A DNA stretch of 64,000 bases, from IMG/VR virus record IMGVR_UViG_3300033182_000674, positions 1 to 64,000 of that record; one strand, given 5' to 3'. The notes beneath the pieces were generated by a model that saw only the letters and a program-made list of their open reading frames with translations, was not told the DNA's origin and did not search any database. Within the stretch, counting starts at the first letter, position 1; every line of letters begins with the position of its first letter. Positions 19,818-27,653 of the stretch are shown here, piece after piece. Made by a program: the position numbers and the translations under genes.

Positions 19818-20363
19818 TTATATTAAGTATGTACAATTCTTATCAGATTTATGATTATAATACATTTGACCTTCATTGTACATAGATTTTTTAATAAATT
19901 TTTTAAAGTCTTTTTCTACTTTAGTAATTAACATCCATGAAACACTATATGTATTATCTACATTATTGATTGTTTCGTAATCACCTACGATAAGTTGCTC
20001 AACATAATCGATGTTTTTCAAAAAAGTCGACACATTTTCAGGTTTATCCCAAGAATACCAACGAACATCTGGCTTACTAAGAAACTTCATACGCTTGACT
20101 TCAGTTCGTTTACCATTCCACATCACATCCCATGCGTAAGTACTACGATCTTTTTCATCAAATTTAGAAGGATTCTTTGTAGCGCCTTGACGCTTTAAGG
20201 CCAGTTCAAGAATAACACCCGCTTTAACAGAGTTATAAACTTGAGCATATCCTCTATTTCGATTACGCTTAGGACAGGCATGAATGTCTTTAGCCATTGT
20301 TTCTATGAAGTCTAACTCTTCGTCAGACATTTTAAAAGTAATATTCTTAAGCTTCATAATCAA
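19818..20363 (-). CDS. Hypothetical protein, possible PD-(D/E)xK nuclease fold, inside the tRNA cluster
   Basis: G..LE helix, then WDV..and TEVKR spaced like a PD-(D/E)xK core; stop abuts tRNA-Gly. Confidence 0.45.
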   Translation of the reverse strand: MIMKLKNITFKMSDEELDFIETMAKDIHACPKRNRNRGYAQVYNSVKAGVILELALKRQGATKNPSKFDEKDRSTYAWDVMWNGKRTEVKRMKFLSKPDVRWYSWDKPENVSTFLKNIDYVEQLIVGDYETINNVDNTYSVSWMLITKVEKDFKKFIKKSMYNEGQMYYNHKSDKNCTYLI

Positions 20364-20373
20364 CTCTAAAAAT

Positions 20374-20449
20374 TGGAGCCAGTGATAGGAATCGAACCTA
20401 CGACATCCACATTACAAGTGTGGTGCTCTGCCTGCTGAGCTACACTGGC
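20374..20449 (-). tRNA. tRNA-Thr(TGT)
   Basis: GCCAGTG/CACTGGC acceptor, CCACA-CTTGTAA-TGTGG, CCA. Confidence 0.96.
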
Positions 20450-20531
20450 AAATTAGACAGTTTCTTAACTTGTCTAGGTTAGCCCAGATGGTGCACCACT
20501 CATTCAATTATGTGGAATGAGACACAAAATT
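20450..20531 (-). ncRNA. Candidate small structured RNA between tRNA-Leu and tRNA-Thr
   Basis: Stems TAGACA/TGTCTA and CTCATTC/GAATGAG plus palindrome TGGTGCACCA cover most of the 82-nt spacer. Confidence 0.3.
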
Positions 20532-20619
20532 TGGTACCAGCGGGCGGACTCGAACCGCCATGACCATTACAGTCGAGGGATTTTAAGTCCCTTGTGTCTA
20601 CCAATTTCACCACGCTGGC
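20532..20619 (-). tRNA. tRNA-Leu(TAA)
   Basis: GCCAGCG/CGCTGGT acceptor, AGGGA-CTTAAAA-TCCCT, long variable arm, CCA. Confidence 0.96.
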
Positions 20620-20657
20620 AAAGCAGCCTCCCCATAAGGAGAGGCCTGTGCATTTAT

Positions 20658-20903
20658 TTATGCAGCGCCATTAGCAGCGTAGTATGCTGCAACCATAGCA
20701 CGAGTAGGAGTGCCAAGACGATAGAAATTCTTGGTTTCACCTTTGCTATTAGTACGAGCATTAGAATAAACGGCGTAACCTTTCATGCGAAGCTGACGAA
20801 CAGCCTCATGTGGGTTACCAACTTTGAAACGAGCAGCGATTTGCTTCGCAGTCATCTCTTCGCCAGCTTTAAATGCTTCTAGTACACGTGCAGTTTTTGA
20901 CAT
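20658..20903 (-). CDS. Winged-helix DNA-binding protein
   Basis: VLEAFKAGEEMTAKQIAARF...VRQLRMKGYAVY...YRLGTPTRAMVAA; GGAG RBS. Confidence 0.75.
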   Translation of the reverse strand: MSKTARVLEAFKAGEEMTAKQIAARFKVGNPHEAVRQLRMKGYAVYSNARTNSKGETKNFYRLGTPTRAMVAAYYAANGAA

Positions 20904-20969
20904 AATAAATTACTCCATTTTGAGTTTAAGTTAAAATTGCATTATAATTTATAATGCGTTATCAGCTCA

Positions 20970-21158
20970 TTATTGAGCAGATTCATCTGAAGGCTTTTTA
21001 AGTTCACCTTCTAATTCCATTAGCATTTCAAAGACACCTTCGAAATGGTTATATGTATCAAGACCATCAGGTAAACCTAAATAGATTTCAACCTGATTGA
21101 TAATTTCATTAAGTAAGTTTTCAGCTCTAACAGTCATCATTAACAAATGCTCCATCAA
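20970..21158 (-). CDS. Hypothetical protein (62 aa)
   Basis: ORF in small-gene string. Confidence 0.45.
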   Translation of the reverse strand: MMEHLLMMTVRAENLLNEIINQVEIYLGLPDGLDTYNHFEGVFEMLMELEGELKKPSDESAQ

Positions 21159-21309
21159 TATAACCTGCGATATATTCTTCAGACACAGGACCTATAGTTG
21201 ATTGCAGCATTGGACGTACATGTTCTTTTTGAAAGTCTGAAGGAATCCAATCTTTTGCTCGATCATCTTGACCAGCACTAACACCTTTAAAATAATCCAT
21301 AAAATTCAT
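21127..21309 (-). CDS. Hypothetical protein
   Basis: GGAG RBS before MNFMDY. Confidence 0.5.
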   Translation of the reverse strand: MNFMDYFKGVSAGQDDRAKDWIPSDFQKEHVRPMLQSTIGPVSEEYIAGYIDGAFVNDDC

Positions 21310-21669
21310 AGTAACTCCTAATCGCAATTATCTGCCATATAATTAGAAACGCTATCATAAATTTGTTTTAAGAAATTTTCTGGAACCATTGAAAGAACGG
21401 TTTCAACATCAATTTCACCAGTATTAACCATACCAGCTAAAAGTTCTTGATAATTTTTATCCATTGAATTTGTCCTCGTAAAGATATATTATAACACAGT
21501 TTTCTGAGAAAGTAAACACTTTATTCAAATTCAATTCGCAAACGTTGCTCATCAATTTGTTTAACCATTTCAGGTGTAACATCTGTCATATCAGCAATTT
21601 GCTCATATGTGTTATAAGGAAACTCGGCAAGAAGTTCACTAATTTCTAAAACTTTATTACCCATTTTAC

Positions 21670-21891
21670 TCATTTTGTACCTTCCTTTTCAAACATATCC
21701 AAAACATAATCCCAACCAAGATCTTTCACTGCAGCATTCACCAACTCTTCATCATTGATGTTGGCTTCCATATATGAAGGTGAATAACCCATGCCACTCA
21801 TAATCATTTGCAAGCGAAAACGCATTACATTATTAAGACCACAAGTACGAACATATGTCATTGTTTCAACTATATCAGATGCTGATACCAT
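21670..21891 (-). CDS. Hypothetical protein (73 aa)
   Basis: GGAG RBS; small-gene string. Confidence 0.5.
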   Translation of the reverse strand: MVSASDIVETMTYVRTCGLNNVMRFRLQMIMSGMGYSPSYMEANINDEELVNAAVKDLGWDYVLDMFEKEGTK

Positions 21892-22166
21892 TAAAATACT
21901 CCAAGAGAAATTAATAAATCACGAGAAAAATGCATTACCAATGCAATAGCAAGTAGAGTTAAACCAATCACTTGAGAACGATTCATATTAACCTTCCATC
22001 CGTTTAATGTATTCTTGATAGACAGGTTCGAACTCTGGATTAGATTTTACTGCTTCTCGAATTGCTTTAGATTCAGCTTCACCTTTAGTATAAACACGAT
22101 GATCATCTGAATAAGAATACCAGAAGTCATGACGCGAAAGCATTGTTTCAAATTCTTCTAAAGTCA

Positions 22167-22349
22167 TTATACATACTCCACAGTGCGATCATATTCAGCA
22201 CGTTTAGCAACATACTCTGCTTGCAATTTTTTAATATGCTCATCAGTGCAGCCATCATTCATATAGATTTCGTGAGTGATACGCCGTGATAGTTTACTCA
22301 TCTCGTCCATCAATAAACGAATTTGCCAAGTTAGTTTAATCTTTTTCAT
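22167..22349 (-). CDS. Hypothetical protein (60 aa)
   Basis: AAGGAG RBS. Confidence 0.55.
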   Translation of the reverse strand: MKKIKLTWQIRLLMDEMSKLSRRITHEIYMNDGCTDEHIKKLQAEYVAKRAEYDRTVEYV

Positions 22350-22360
22350 AATATATCTCC

Positions 22361-22717
22361 TTAGGTGTAGAAAGTTTCACCAGTGAAAACATTAACAACC
22401 TGTTCACCAGGTCCTAATGCTGCACGAGCTTCTAAACGTTCTTCCTCAATTTGTTCAGGTGTACGATTTTTGCGAGCTTCAATATATTTGGCAATCGCTT
22501 CAGCATCTTGTTTATCTTTATAAGAAAGAGTGCGGCGAACATCAATAAATGAAATGAAACCAGCTTCACAAAAATCAGTTAACATATCTTCAAATGGACA
22601 ACGGTCATTTGACTTCCAAAAGATTACACCATCAGACATATAAGTACGTTCATAGTTTTCAGCAATTGTTTTTGCATCATAACCAGTGAAGGTGTTTGTT
22701 AATTTTGATCTAATCAT
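22361..22717 (-). CDS. Conserved phage hypothetical protein
   Basis: WKSNDRCPFEDML...E.RLEARAALGPG.QVVNVFTGE; first gene after cassette 3. Confidence 0.7.
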   Translation of the reverse strand: MIRSKLTNTFTGYDAKTIAENYERTYMSDGVIFWKSNDRCPFEDMLTDFCEAGFISFIDVRRTLSYKDKQDAEAIAKYIEARKNRTPEQIEEERLEARAALGPGEQVVNVFTGETFYT

Positions 22718-22719
22718 GT

Positions 22720-22847
22720 TTTCTATCCTTTTTCCAATTTATGGTTATATTCTACCATGATTCTTCTCAAATGTACACTTTTTTGCGAAAATAATTTTTC
22801 CTTATAAATCAATGGCTTACGCAAAACTCGGCTCTAAGCCATTGATT
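22720..22847 (-). repeat. Promoter/stem-loop cassette copy 3 (PeSL-like)
   Basis: 22720-22778 identical to 17290-17348; IR arms 22807-22819 and 22835-22847. Confidence 0.9.
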
Positions 22848-22888
22848 TTATTAATTATTTTATTTTTTAATAATGGTATAAATTTTCT

Positions 22889-23200
22889 TTATTTTGCTTT
22901 AGATTTACTGATTTCTGTGATTTTTCCATTAGAAACCTTAATATAGACGTCTTGCCACTGTCCAGTGTCTTTATCTGTGTCATAGAAATGGATATCTCCA
23001 CTAATATCTTCTCGAAATACCCAATCCCAGAAGACTTCTTTTATACGTCTGCCATCTTTGACATCCTGCATCCAATCTCTATCGACTTTCTTAAACCATA
23101 ATTCATCCTTTCGAATTTCATATAATTCAAGACATTGTTCAGGTGTATCTTTTGTTTGATACAATTTACCATTATAGTTTATATAATCAAACATACCCAT
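22889..23200 (-). CDS. Conserved phage hypothetical protein
   Basis: MGMFDYI..YQTKD...Y.IRKDELW motif. Confidence 0.65.
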   Translation of the reverse strand: MGMFDYINYNGKLYQTKDTPEQCLELYEIRKDELWFKKVDRDWMQDVKDGRRIKEVFWDWVFREDISGDIHFYDTDKDTGQWQDVYIKVSNGKITEISKSKAK

Positions 23201-23379
23201 TATTTCTTTTCATCAAAATATAATTGATTCCATGCTATAGAATAAGTTCCTTTATTAGTGACTAATTGCCAACCATTAAAGGATTCGATTTTTTCATTTG
23301 TATTTTTTTCTAGGTATTCTCTAAACTGAATTAGTGTATCCCATTTACGGTCAAAAATCGATTTTTCTTTTTTCAAGAT

Positions 23380-23967
23380 TTATTCTCCAGTTATGATATT
23401 ATAGATTTCTTTCCAATTGTTTACACGAATTACTTCGTCTTTTACTTCAACATCTTTGTTATGATCGTGATTCATTAGAATACTTTCTAATCCCATCTTA
23501 ACACCAACATCAGCGTTTTCTGGTTTATCTTCAATCCACCAACAACCTGTATCGGCATAGTGTGATAGCGCTTCATCTTTATCTGCACCAGTGTCTAAGT
23601 AGATATACTTTTCAAAGACAGATGGTCCAAACATTTCAATAAGGTTTTTAGTACGTAGACGTTGGCTATATTCATCATCACTTAATGAACTAATTATGTG
23701 GAAAACATAACCGTGTTCTTCATGTAGTTTTTTAATAAATTTAATTGCATCTTTATATGGTGGAAGTTTACGAATCCATGCAGACTCATTAAACATCCTT
23801 GCATACATTTTACCTTCATGGCGTGGAAGACCATAACGATCAGCGACTTTGTAGATATCGCGACCAACTATATTTTTGCCATGACGTTTCATCCAACCAT
23901 CAAATGCGTATAACCAGTCAAATAGTACACCATCAGCATCGGTTAGAATTACTTTTTCATTGATCAT
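23380..23967 (-). CDS. HAD-superfamily nucleotidase-like protein
   Basis: ILTDADGVLFDW (DxD), IISSL, WWIEDKPENA motifs. Confidence 0.85.
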   Translation of the reverse strand: MINEKVILTDADGVLFDWLYAFDGWMKRHGKNIVGRDIYKVADRYGLPRHEGKMYARMFNESAWIRKLPPYKDAIKFIKKLHEEHGYVFHIISSLSDDEYSQRLRTKNLIEMFGPSVFEKYIYLDTGADKDEALSHYADTGCWWIEDKPENADVGVKMGLESILMNHDHNKDVEVKDEVIRVNNWKEIYNIITGE

Positions 23968-24149
23968 TTATCAGCTTTTCCTTTTTCATACATTTCATTA
24001 CTATAATTAAACAACCAGGTTATAAAGTCGTCTATGTCCATCTTATCAAAAAAGATTTGTTCATAAACGGCGCCAGCCATTTGGCCAAACTCCCGGTCAT
24101 TCTTAGGCTTATTTTCATTGCTCATAAGAACCTCCATAATTTTACTAAT

Positions 24150-24222
24150 ATATTATATAACAGTCTTTTGGAAATGTACACTCTTTTGTGAAATTAAAAT
24201 TGCTTTAAAATCAATGGCTTAG
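24150..24222 (-). repeat. Partial promoter/stem-loop cassette copy 4
   Basis: aaatgtacac plus aatcaatggcttag present; the second IR arm is absent, its place taken by the end of the upstream gene. Confidence 0.7.
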
Positions 24223-24225
24223 AAA

Positions 24226-24555
24226 TTATTTTATTGGAAGGTTAGAAAAAACCTTAAGTTTATCTCTTTTTTGCTGCTTTCTAGACTCTAAATGTTTATC
24301 CATTAATAGATATGGATCAATTGCTTCATATTCTTTCATTAAATCAATGATGCATAACATGTCGCCAATCTCAGCAGCGAGGTGATGTTGATTAGTACTT
24401 GAATCGCCAAAGCGAATAATCTTAGAACATTGCTGTTGGATTTCAGCACATTCTTCCATAAGAATAGTTAGAAGTTCTTGTTGTTGTTCTAAATTTTGTA
24501 AGTCTTTACTTTTAGGCGTATAGTCCAAATTCATTTTAATACCTTTCACAATCAT
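24226..24555 (-). CDS. MazG-like NTP pyrophosphohydrolase
   Basis: LMEECAEIQQQCSKIIRFG...LAAEIGDML. Confidence 0.75.
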   Translation of the reverse strand: MIVKGIKMNLDYTPKSKDLQNLEQQQELLTILMEECAEIQQQCSKIIRFGDSSTNQHHLAAEIGDMLCIIDLMKEYEAIDPYLLMDKHLESRKQQKRDKLKVFSNLPIK

Positions 24556-24745
24556 TACAAGATGATGATGTACAACCAGTACAGTGTGTTGCTAATTCTC
24601 TGTTTATATATCCAATTCTTAACATTGCTACTTCTAATGTACTTGGATATGAGATTATATGGTGTCCGTCGTGTATCTTATAATTATAGTTTACATCATC
24701 ATAAAAGATCGTATATTGACCTTTTCTAATTACTTCTTGATACAC
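24536..24745 (-). CDS. Small protein with Cys-rich tail
   Basis: GGAG RBS; ends HCTGCTSSSCNDC. Confidence 0.5.
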   Translation of the reverse strand: MYQEVIRKGQYTIFYDDVNYNYKIHDGHHIISYPSTLEVAMLRIGYINRELATHCTGCTSSSCNDCERY

Positions 24746-24823
24746 TTGGCATTTCTCCTATCATAACTAGCAATTTTATTTATAAATATTATAACCTATA
24801 AACCAATAAAAGTACACACAATA

Positions 24824-25279
24824 ATGATAAAATTAATAAGTGTAGGTGTCTTGGTTTTCTTTATATATGGCTGTGAAAACTTTAATAGTGTCTTTACTTA
24901 CTCTGAAACTGGAGTAAAATATGGAATTGAAAATAAACCAAATGCTGAACAAATCTCTAATGGAAAGAGATTATTTAAAAATATACTTGAGCCAATTAGT
25001 AATCAATATGGCGGCTTAGTAGTAACTAGTGCTTTTCGTAATGAAAGGATTAATAAACTAGTAGGTGGATCATTAAACTCTCAACACATGACTGGTGAAG
25101 CATTAGACTTTCGTGTACCAGGAAAATCTCATAAAGAAGTTGCGAGATGGATTATTGATAACTTAGAGTTTGATCAATTAATATTAGAACCGACATGGAT
25201 TCATATATCTTATTCTGATAAAAATAGAAATGAAGTTTTAACTTATAAGAATAATAGATTTTATAGGGGTATAAAATAA
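24824..25279 (+). CDS. Peptidase M15A (zinc D-Ala-D-Ala carboxypeptidase-like), probable endolysin
   Basis: VTSAFRNERINKLVGGSLNSQHMTGEALDF...DQLILE..WIHISY; TATAAATA at 24781-24788; N-terminal hydrophobic segment ending IYGC. Confidence 0.88.
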   Translation: MIKLISVGVLVFFIYGCENFNSVFTYSETGVKYGIENKPNAEQISNGKRLFKNILEPISNQYGGLVVTSAFRNERINKLVGGSLNSQHMTGEALDFRVPGKSHKEVARWIIDNLEFDQLILEPTWIHISYSDKNRNEVLTYKNNRFYRGIK

Positions 25280-25281
25280 AA

Positions 25282-25301
25282 AAGGACTCCGAAGAGTCCT
25301 T
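25282..25301. terminator. Intrinsic terminator between convergent M15A and pstS
   Basis: AAGGACTC-CGAA-GAGTCCTT stem with A-tract on the left (U-tract and UUCG loop on minus strand). Confidence 0.8.
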
Positions 25302-25354
25302 ATGTATAGATGCTAGTTACTTATCCCACTGTACGCCACTAGCAAAGCGAGTTC

Positions 25355-26302
25355 TTACTTGTCGATTGTTATTAATCCAAGTTCTTCAAGTTTTCCTTCT
25401 GGTTCTGCCATACGCTTGAACAAGTCATCATATGCTTCGATTCCTGGAATCTTACCAATATGCTCTTTCTTCATATAGTAGTAAAGAGGACGTGAGATTG
25501 GATACGAACCATCCGCAATCGTTTCAAAGTCTATATCAACACCATTGATTGAAGCACCTTGTACCTTATCACGATTGTTATCTAAGAATGAGAAACCAAA
25601 GATACCAAAACGATTCTTTTCGGCAGTTAGTTTCATAATAACAACATTATCATTCTCACCAACTTCAGTTACATGACCATCTTCACGTAATGATGAGCAT
25701 ACTGCTTTATATCCATCTGGACCTTTTTTACCCATTTTGTAATCTTTCTTACAAGTCTTATGCATTACCAATTCAACAAATGCATCACGAGTACCAGATG
25801 TTGGTGGAGGAGAAAGAATATCAATCTTTATATTAGGTAAATCTGGATTAATTTGATTCCATGTTGTATATGGATTTTTAACCCACTTACCGTCAATTAA
25901 TACTATTTTAGAAATTGCTTTGAATAATTCTTCTTTTGTTACAGAGATCTTTTCACCATCTTTACTATTAGCAAATGCAATACCATCAAAACCAATTAAT
26001 CTTTCAATTGGAGTAACACCATTCTTCTTACATGTATCGATTTCTGATTGTTTGATTTGACGTGATGAGTTTGTAACGTCTGGAGTATCAACACCAATGC
26101 CTTTACAGAACAACTTCATGCCACCGCCTGAACCTGTTGATTCAATAACTGGTGCTTTGTATGTACCATATTTTCCGAGAGTTTCTGCCACGACTGTAGC
26201 GAATGGATAAACTGTAGATGAACCTACAATTTGAATTTGATCACGAGCTAATGCTGATGTAGTTATTAATAAAGCGCCTATCGCTAAAAGAGTTTTTTTC
26301 AT
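25355..26302 (-). CDS. pstS: Phosphate ABC transporter substrate-binding protein
   Basis: Signal peptide; IVGSSTVYPF, STGSGGGMKLFC, SGTRDAFVEL, YPISRPLYYY. Confidence 0.95.
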   Translation of the reverse strand: MKKTLLAIGALLITTSALARDQIQIVGSSTVYPFATVVAETLGKYGTYKAPVIESTGSGGGMKLFCKGIGVDTPDVTNSSRQIKQSEIDTCKKNGVTPIERLIGFDGIAFANSKDGEKISVTKEELFKAISKIVLIDGKWVKNPYTTWNQINPDLPNIKIDILSPPPTSGTRDAFVELVMHKTCKKDYKMGKKGPDGYKAVCSSLREDGHVTEVGENDNVVIMKLTAEKNRFGIFGFSFLDNNRDKVQGASINGVDIDFETIADGSYPISRPLYYYMKKEHIGKIPGIEAYDDLFKRMAEPEGKLEELGLITIDK

Positions 26303-26387
26303 TTTTTCTTTTCCTATTAAACATAGTACTACGTGGTACAATACTATCTATTGTTAACATCTAGAAAAATGAAAGTTAATTAACAAT

Positions 26388-26405
26388 CTGTAATATAGCT
26401 GTAAT
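26388..26405. promoter_or_regulatory. Pho-box-like 11-bp-period direct repeat upstream of pstS
   Basis: CTGTAAT-ATAG-CTGTAAT versus the PhoB consensus CTGTCAT-N4-CTGTCAT; lies on the non-coding strand. Confidence 0.45.
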
Positions 26406-26430
26406 AAAAAAGCACCCGAAGGTGCTTTAG
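26406..26430 (-). terminator. Intrinsic terminator after the sulfur-relay operon
   Basis: AAAGCACC-TTCG-GGTGCTTT followed by T-tract on minus strand. Confidence 0.88.
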
Positions 26431-26455
26431 AGTGGTAATATATCAAATACTATTG

Positions 26456-26563
26456 TGGGATATGTTGTAGCAAGATGTGCTACACATTGTAGAGCAAGTT
26501 CATAAGTGGCATATACTCGATCAATAGTAGTGCCTGAACTAGTATGTACTACAACATATCCCA
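26456..26563 (-). ncRNA. Candidate structured RNA in the 3' UTR of the dsrC-like operon
   Basis: Perfect 15-bp closing stem (26456-26470/26549-26563) with nested stems; a 45-codon ORF also overlaps. Confidence 0.4.
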
Positions 26564-26569
26564 TAGCAT

Positions 26570-26911
26570 TTAATAACCGCCTTTACGAGCAACGTATGGC
26601 AATCCTGCAATACGGTTACCCTGCTTTGATGGAGCACCTGGGAACAATTGGTACAAGTCTTTAGAACTTAACTTCTTATTCCAAATCTTACTCATACCTT
26701 TGTTAATAACACGTTCCATTGGTTGCTCATTGTGATCAAAGTACTGCTCACGCAAGTACTCAATCACATCAAAGTGTTCGGTTGTAAGTTCACTCATTGT
26801 GTCATCAGCTGCCGCCATTGCGTGTGCAACTTCTTCTGTCCAATCAGCGATATTAACCAAGTTACCATGCTCGTCAGTTTCGATGGTAACACCATTTACT
26901 TCTAATGCCAT
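26570..26911 (-). CDS. DsrC/TusE-family protein lacking both C-terminal cysteines
   Basis: IETDEHGNLVNIADWTEEVA..LT.EHFDVIEYLRE..LYQLFPGAPSKQGNRIAGLP; ends YVARKGGY with no Cys; AAGGAGG RBS. Confidence 0.85.
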   Translation of the reverse strand: MALEVNGVTIETDEHGNLVNIADWTEEVAHAMAAADDTMSELTTEHFDVIEYLREQYFDHNEQPMERVINKGMSKIWNKKLSSKDLYQLFPGAPSKQGNRIAGLPYVARKGGY

Positions 26912-26921
26912 GATAACCTCC

Positions 26922-27233
26922 TTAGATACAACCAGTCGGCTTTGGTAGTCCTGCAATCTTACAGCCTTGCTTACCAGGACCATATGGGAATAGTTCGTAC
27001 AAGTATTTGTTTGTACCATACTGTTTACCAAACTTCTTACCTACTGCTTTTGTTAATACACGAACTGCTGGAGCAATTTGAAACTCCTCATAGTATTCGC
27101 GTAGGAAGTTAATAATATCCCAGTGACGATCGGTTAATTCGATCTCTTCGTCTTTTGCTAGTTCTTCGGCAATTGCTGGAGTCCAGTCATTAATGTTTGC
27201 CAAGTAACCTTCTTCATCTACATCGTAACTCAT
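26922..27233 (-). CDS. dsrC: DsrC with both conserved cysteines (CX10C)
   Basis: DEEGYL..INDWTP.IA..LA..LYELFPYGPGKQGCKIAGLPKPTGCI. Confidence 0.92.
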   Translation of the reverse strand: MSYDVDEEGYLANINDWTPAIAEELAKDEEIELTDRHWDIINFLREYYEEFQIAPAVRVLTKAVGKKFGKQYGTNKYLYELFPYGPGKQGCKIAGLPKPTGCI

Positions 27234-27249
27234 TGTACATACCTCTTCA

Positions 27250-27333
27250 TTATTTGCCAATCTGTTTCTTCACGAATCGGATTGCTTTCGGAACGGGACA
27301 CTTGTCCCACCATAGTTGGAAGATTGTGTTCAT
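27250..27333 (-). CDS. Unannotated 27-aa peptide MNTIFQLWWDKCPVPKAIRFVKKQIGK
   Basis: Strong AAGGAG RBS; fills the tusA-dsrC spacer; below the ORF-track cutoff. Confidence 0.55.
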   Translation of the reverse strand: MNTIFQLWWDKCPVPKAIRFVKKQIGK

Positions 27334-27343
27334 TTCTTACTCC

Positions 27344-27571
27344 TTAAGTTTTTCTAATAGTAAATTTAAACTGGCCATTTAAATGCCCTGTGCTTTCAAG
27401 TACATCACCAGTTTGATTACAGAACGCTTCAAAATCCTTTACACTACCAGGATCTGTTGCGATAATTTCCAAGATCTGACCGCTTTCCATGCCTTTAAGA
27501 CTTTTCTTTGCGCGTAAGATAGGTAATGGACAATTTAGACCAGTGGCGTCTAATAATACTACATCTGCCAT
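27344..27571 (-). CDS. tusA: TusA sulfurtransferase
   Basis: LDATGLNCPLPILRAKKSL..GQILEIIATDPGSVKDF. Confidence 0.95.
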   Translation of the reverse strand: MADVVLLDATGLNCPLPILRAKKSLKGMESGQILEIIATDPGSVKDFEAFCNQTGDVLESTGHLNGQFKFTIRKT

Positions 27572-27587
27572 ATCTTATACTCCTATG

Positions 27588-27617
27588 GTAAAAAAAGGGG
27601 AGCCCAATTGCTCCCCC
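27588..27617 (-). terminator. Intrinsic terminator after the porin gene
   Basis: GGGGAGC/GCTCCCC stem with T-tract on minus strand. Confidence 0.8.
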
Positions 27618-27653
27618 CATTATTTTATTTATATAGAATTATATTATAAATTC

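Noticed and set aside
19642-19836. 64-aa ORF
   Set aside because: Lies entirely over tRNA-Gly and tRNA-Pro on the same strand.
20517-20882. 121-aa plus-strand ORF, and similar antisense or alternate-frame ORFs throughout the track
   Set aside because: Shadows of tRNAs or well-supported genes; no RBS or recognisable motifs.
25308-25345. Short hairpin TGCTAGT/ACTAGCA after the pstS stop
   Set aside because: Only 7 bp with a long loop, next to a clear terminator; insufficient evidence for a separate RNA element.
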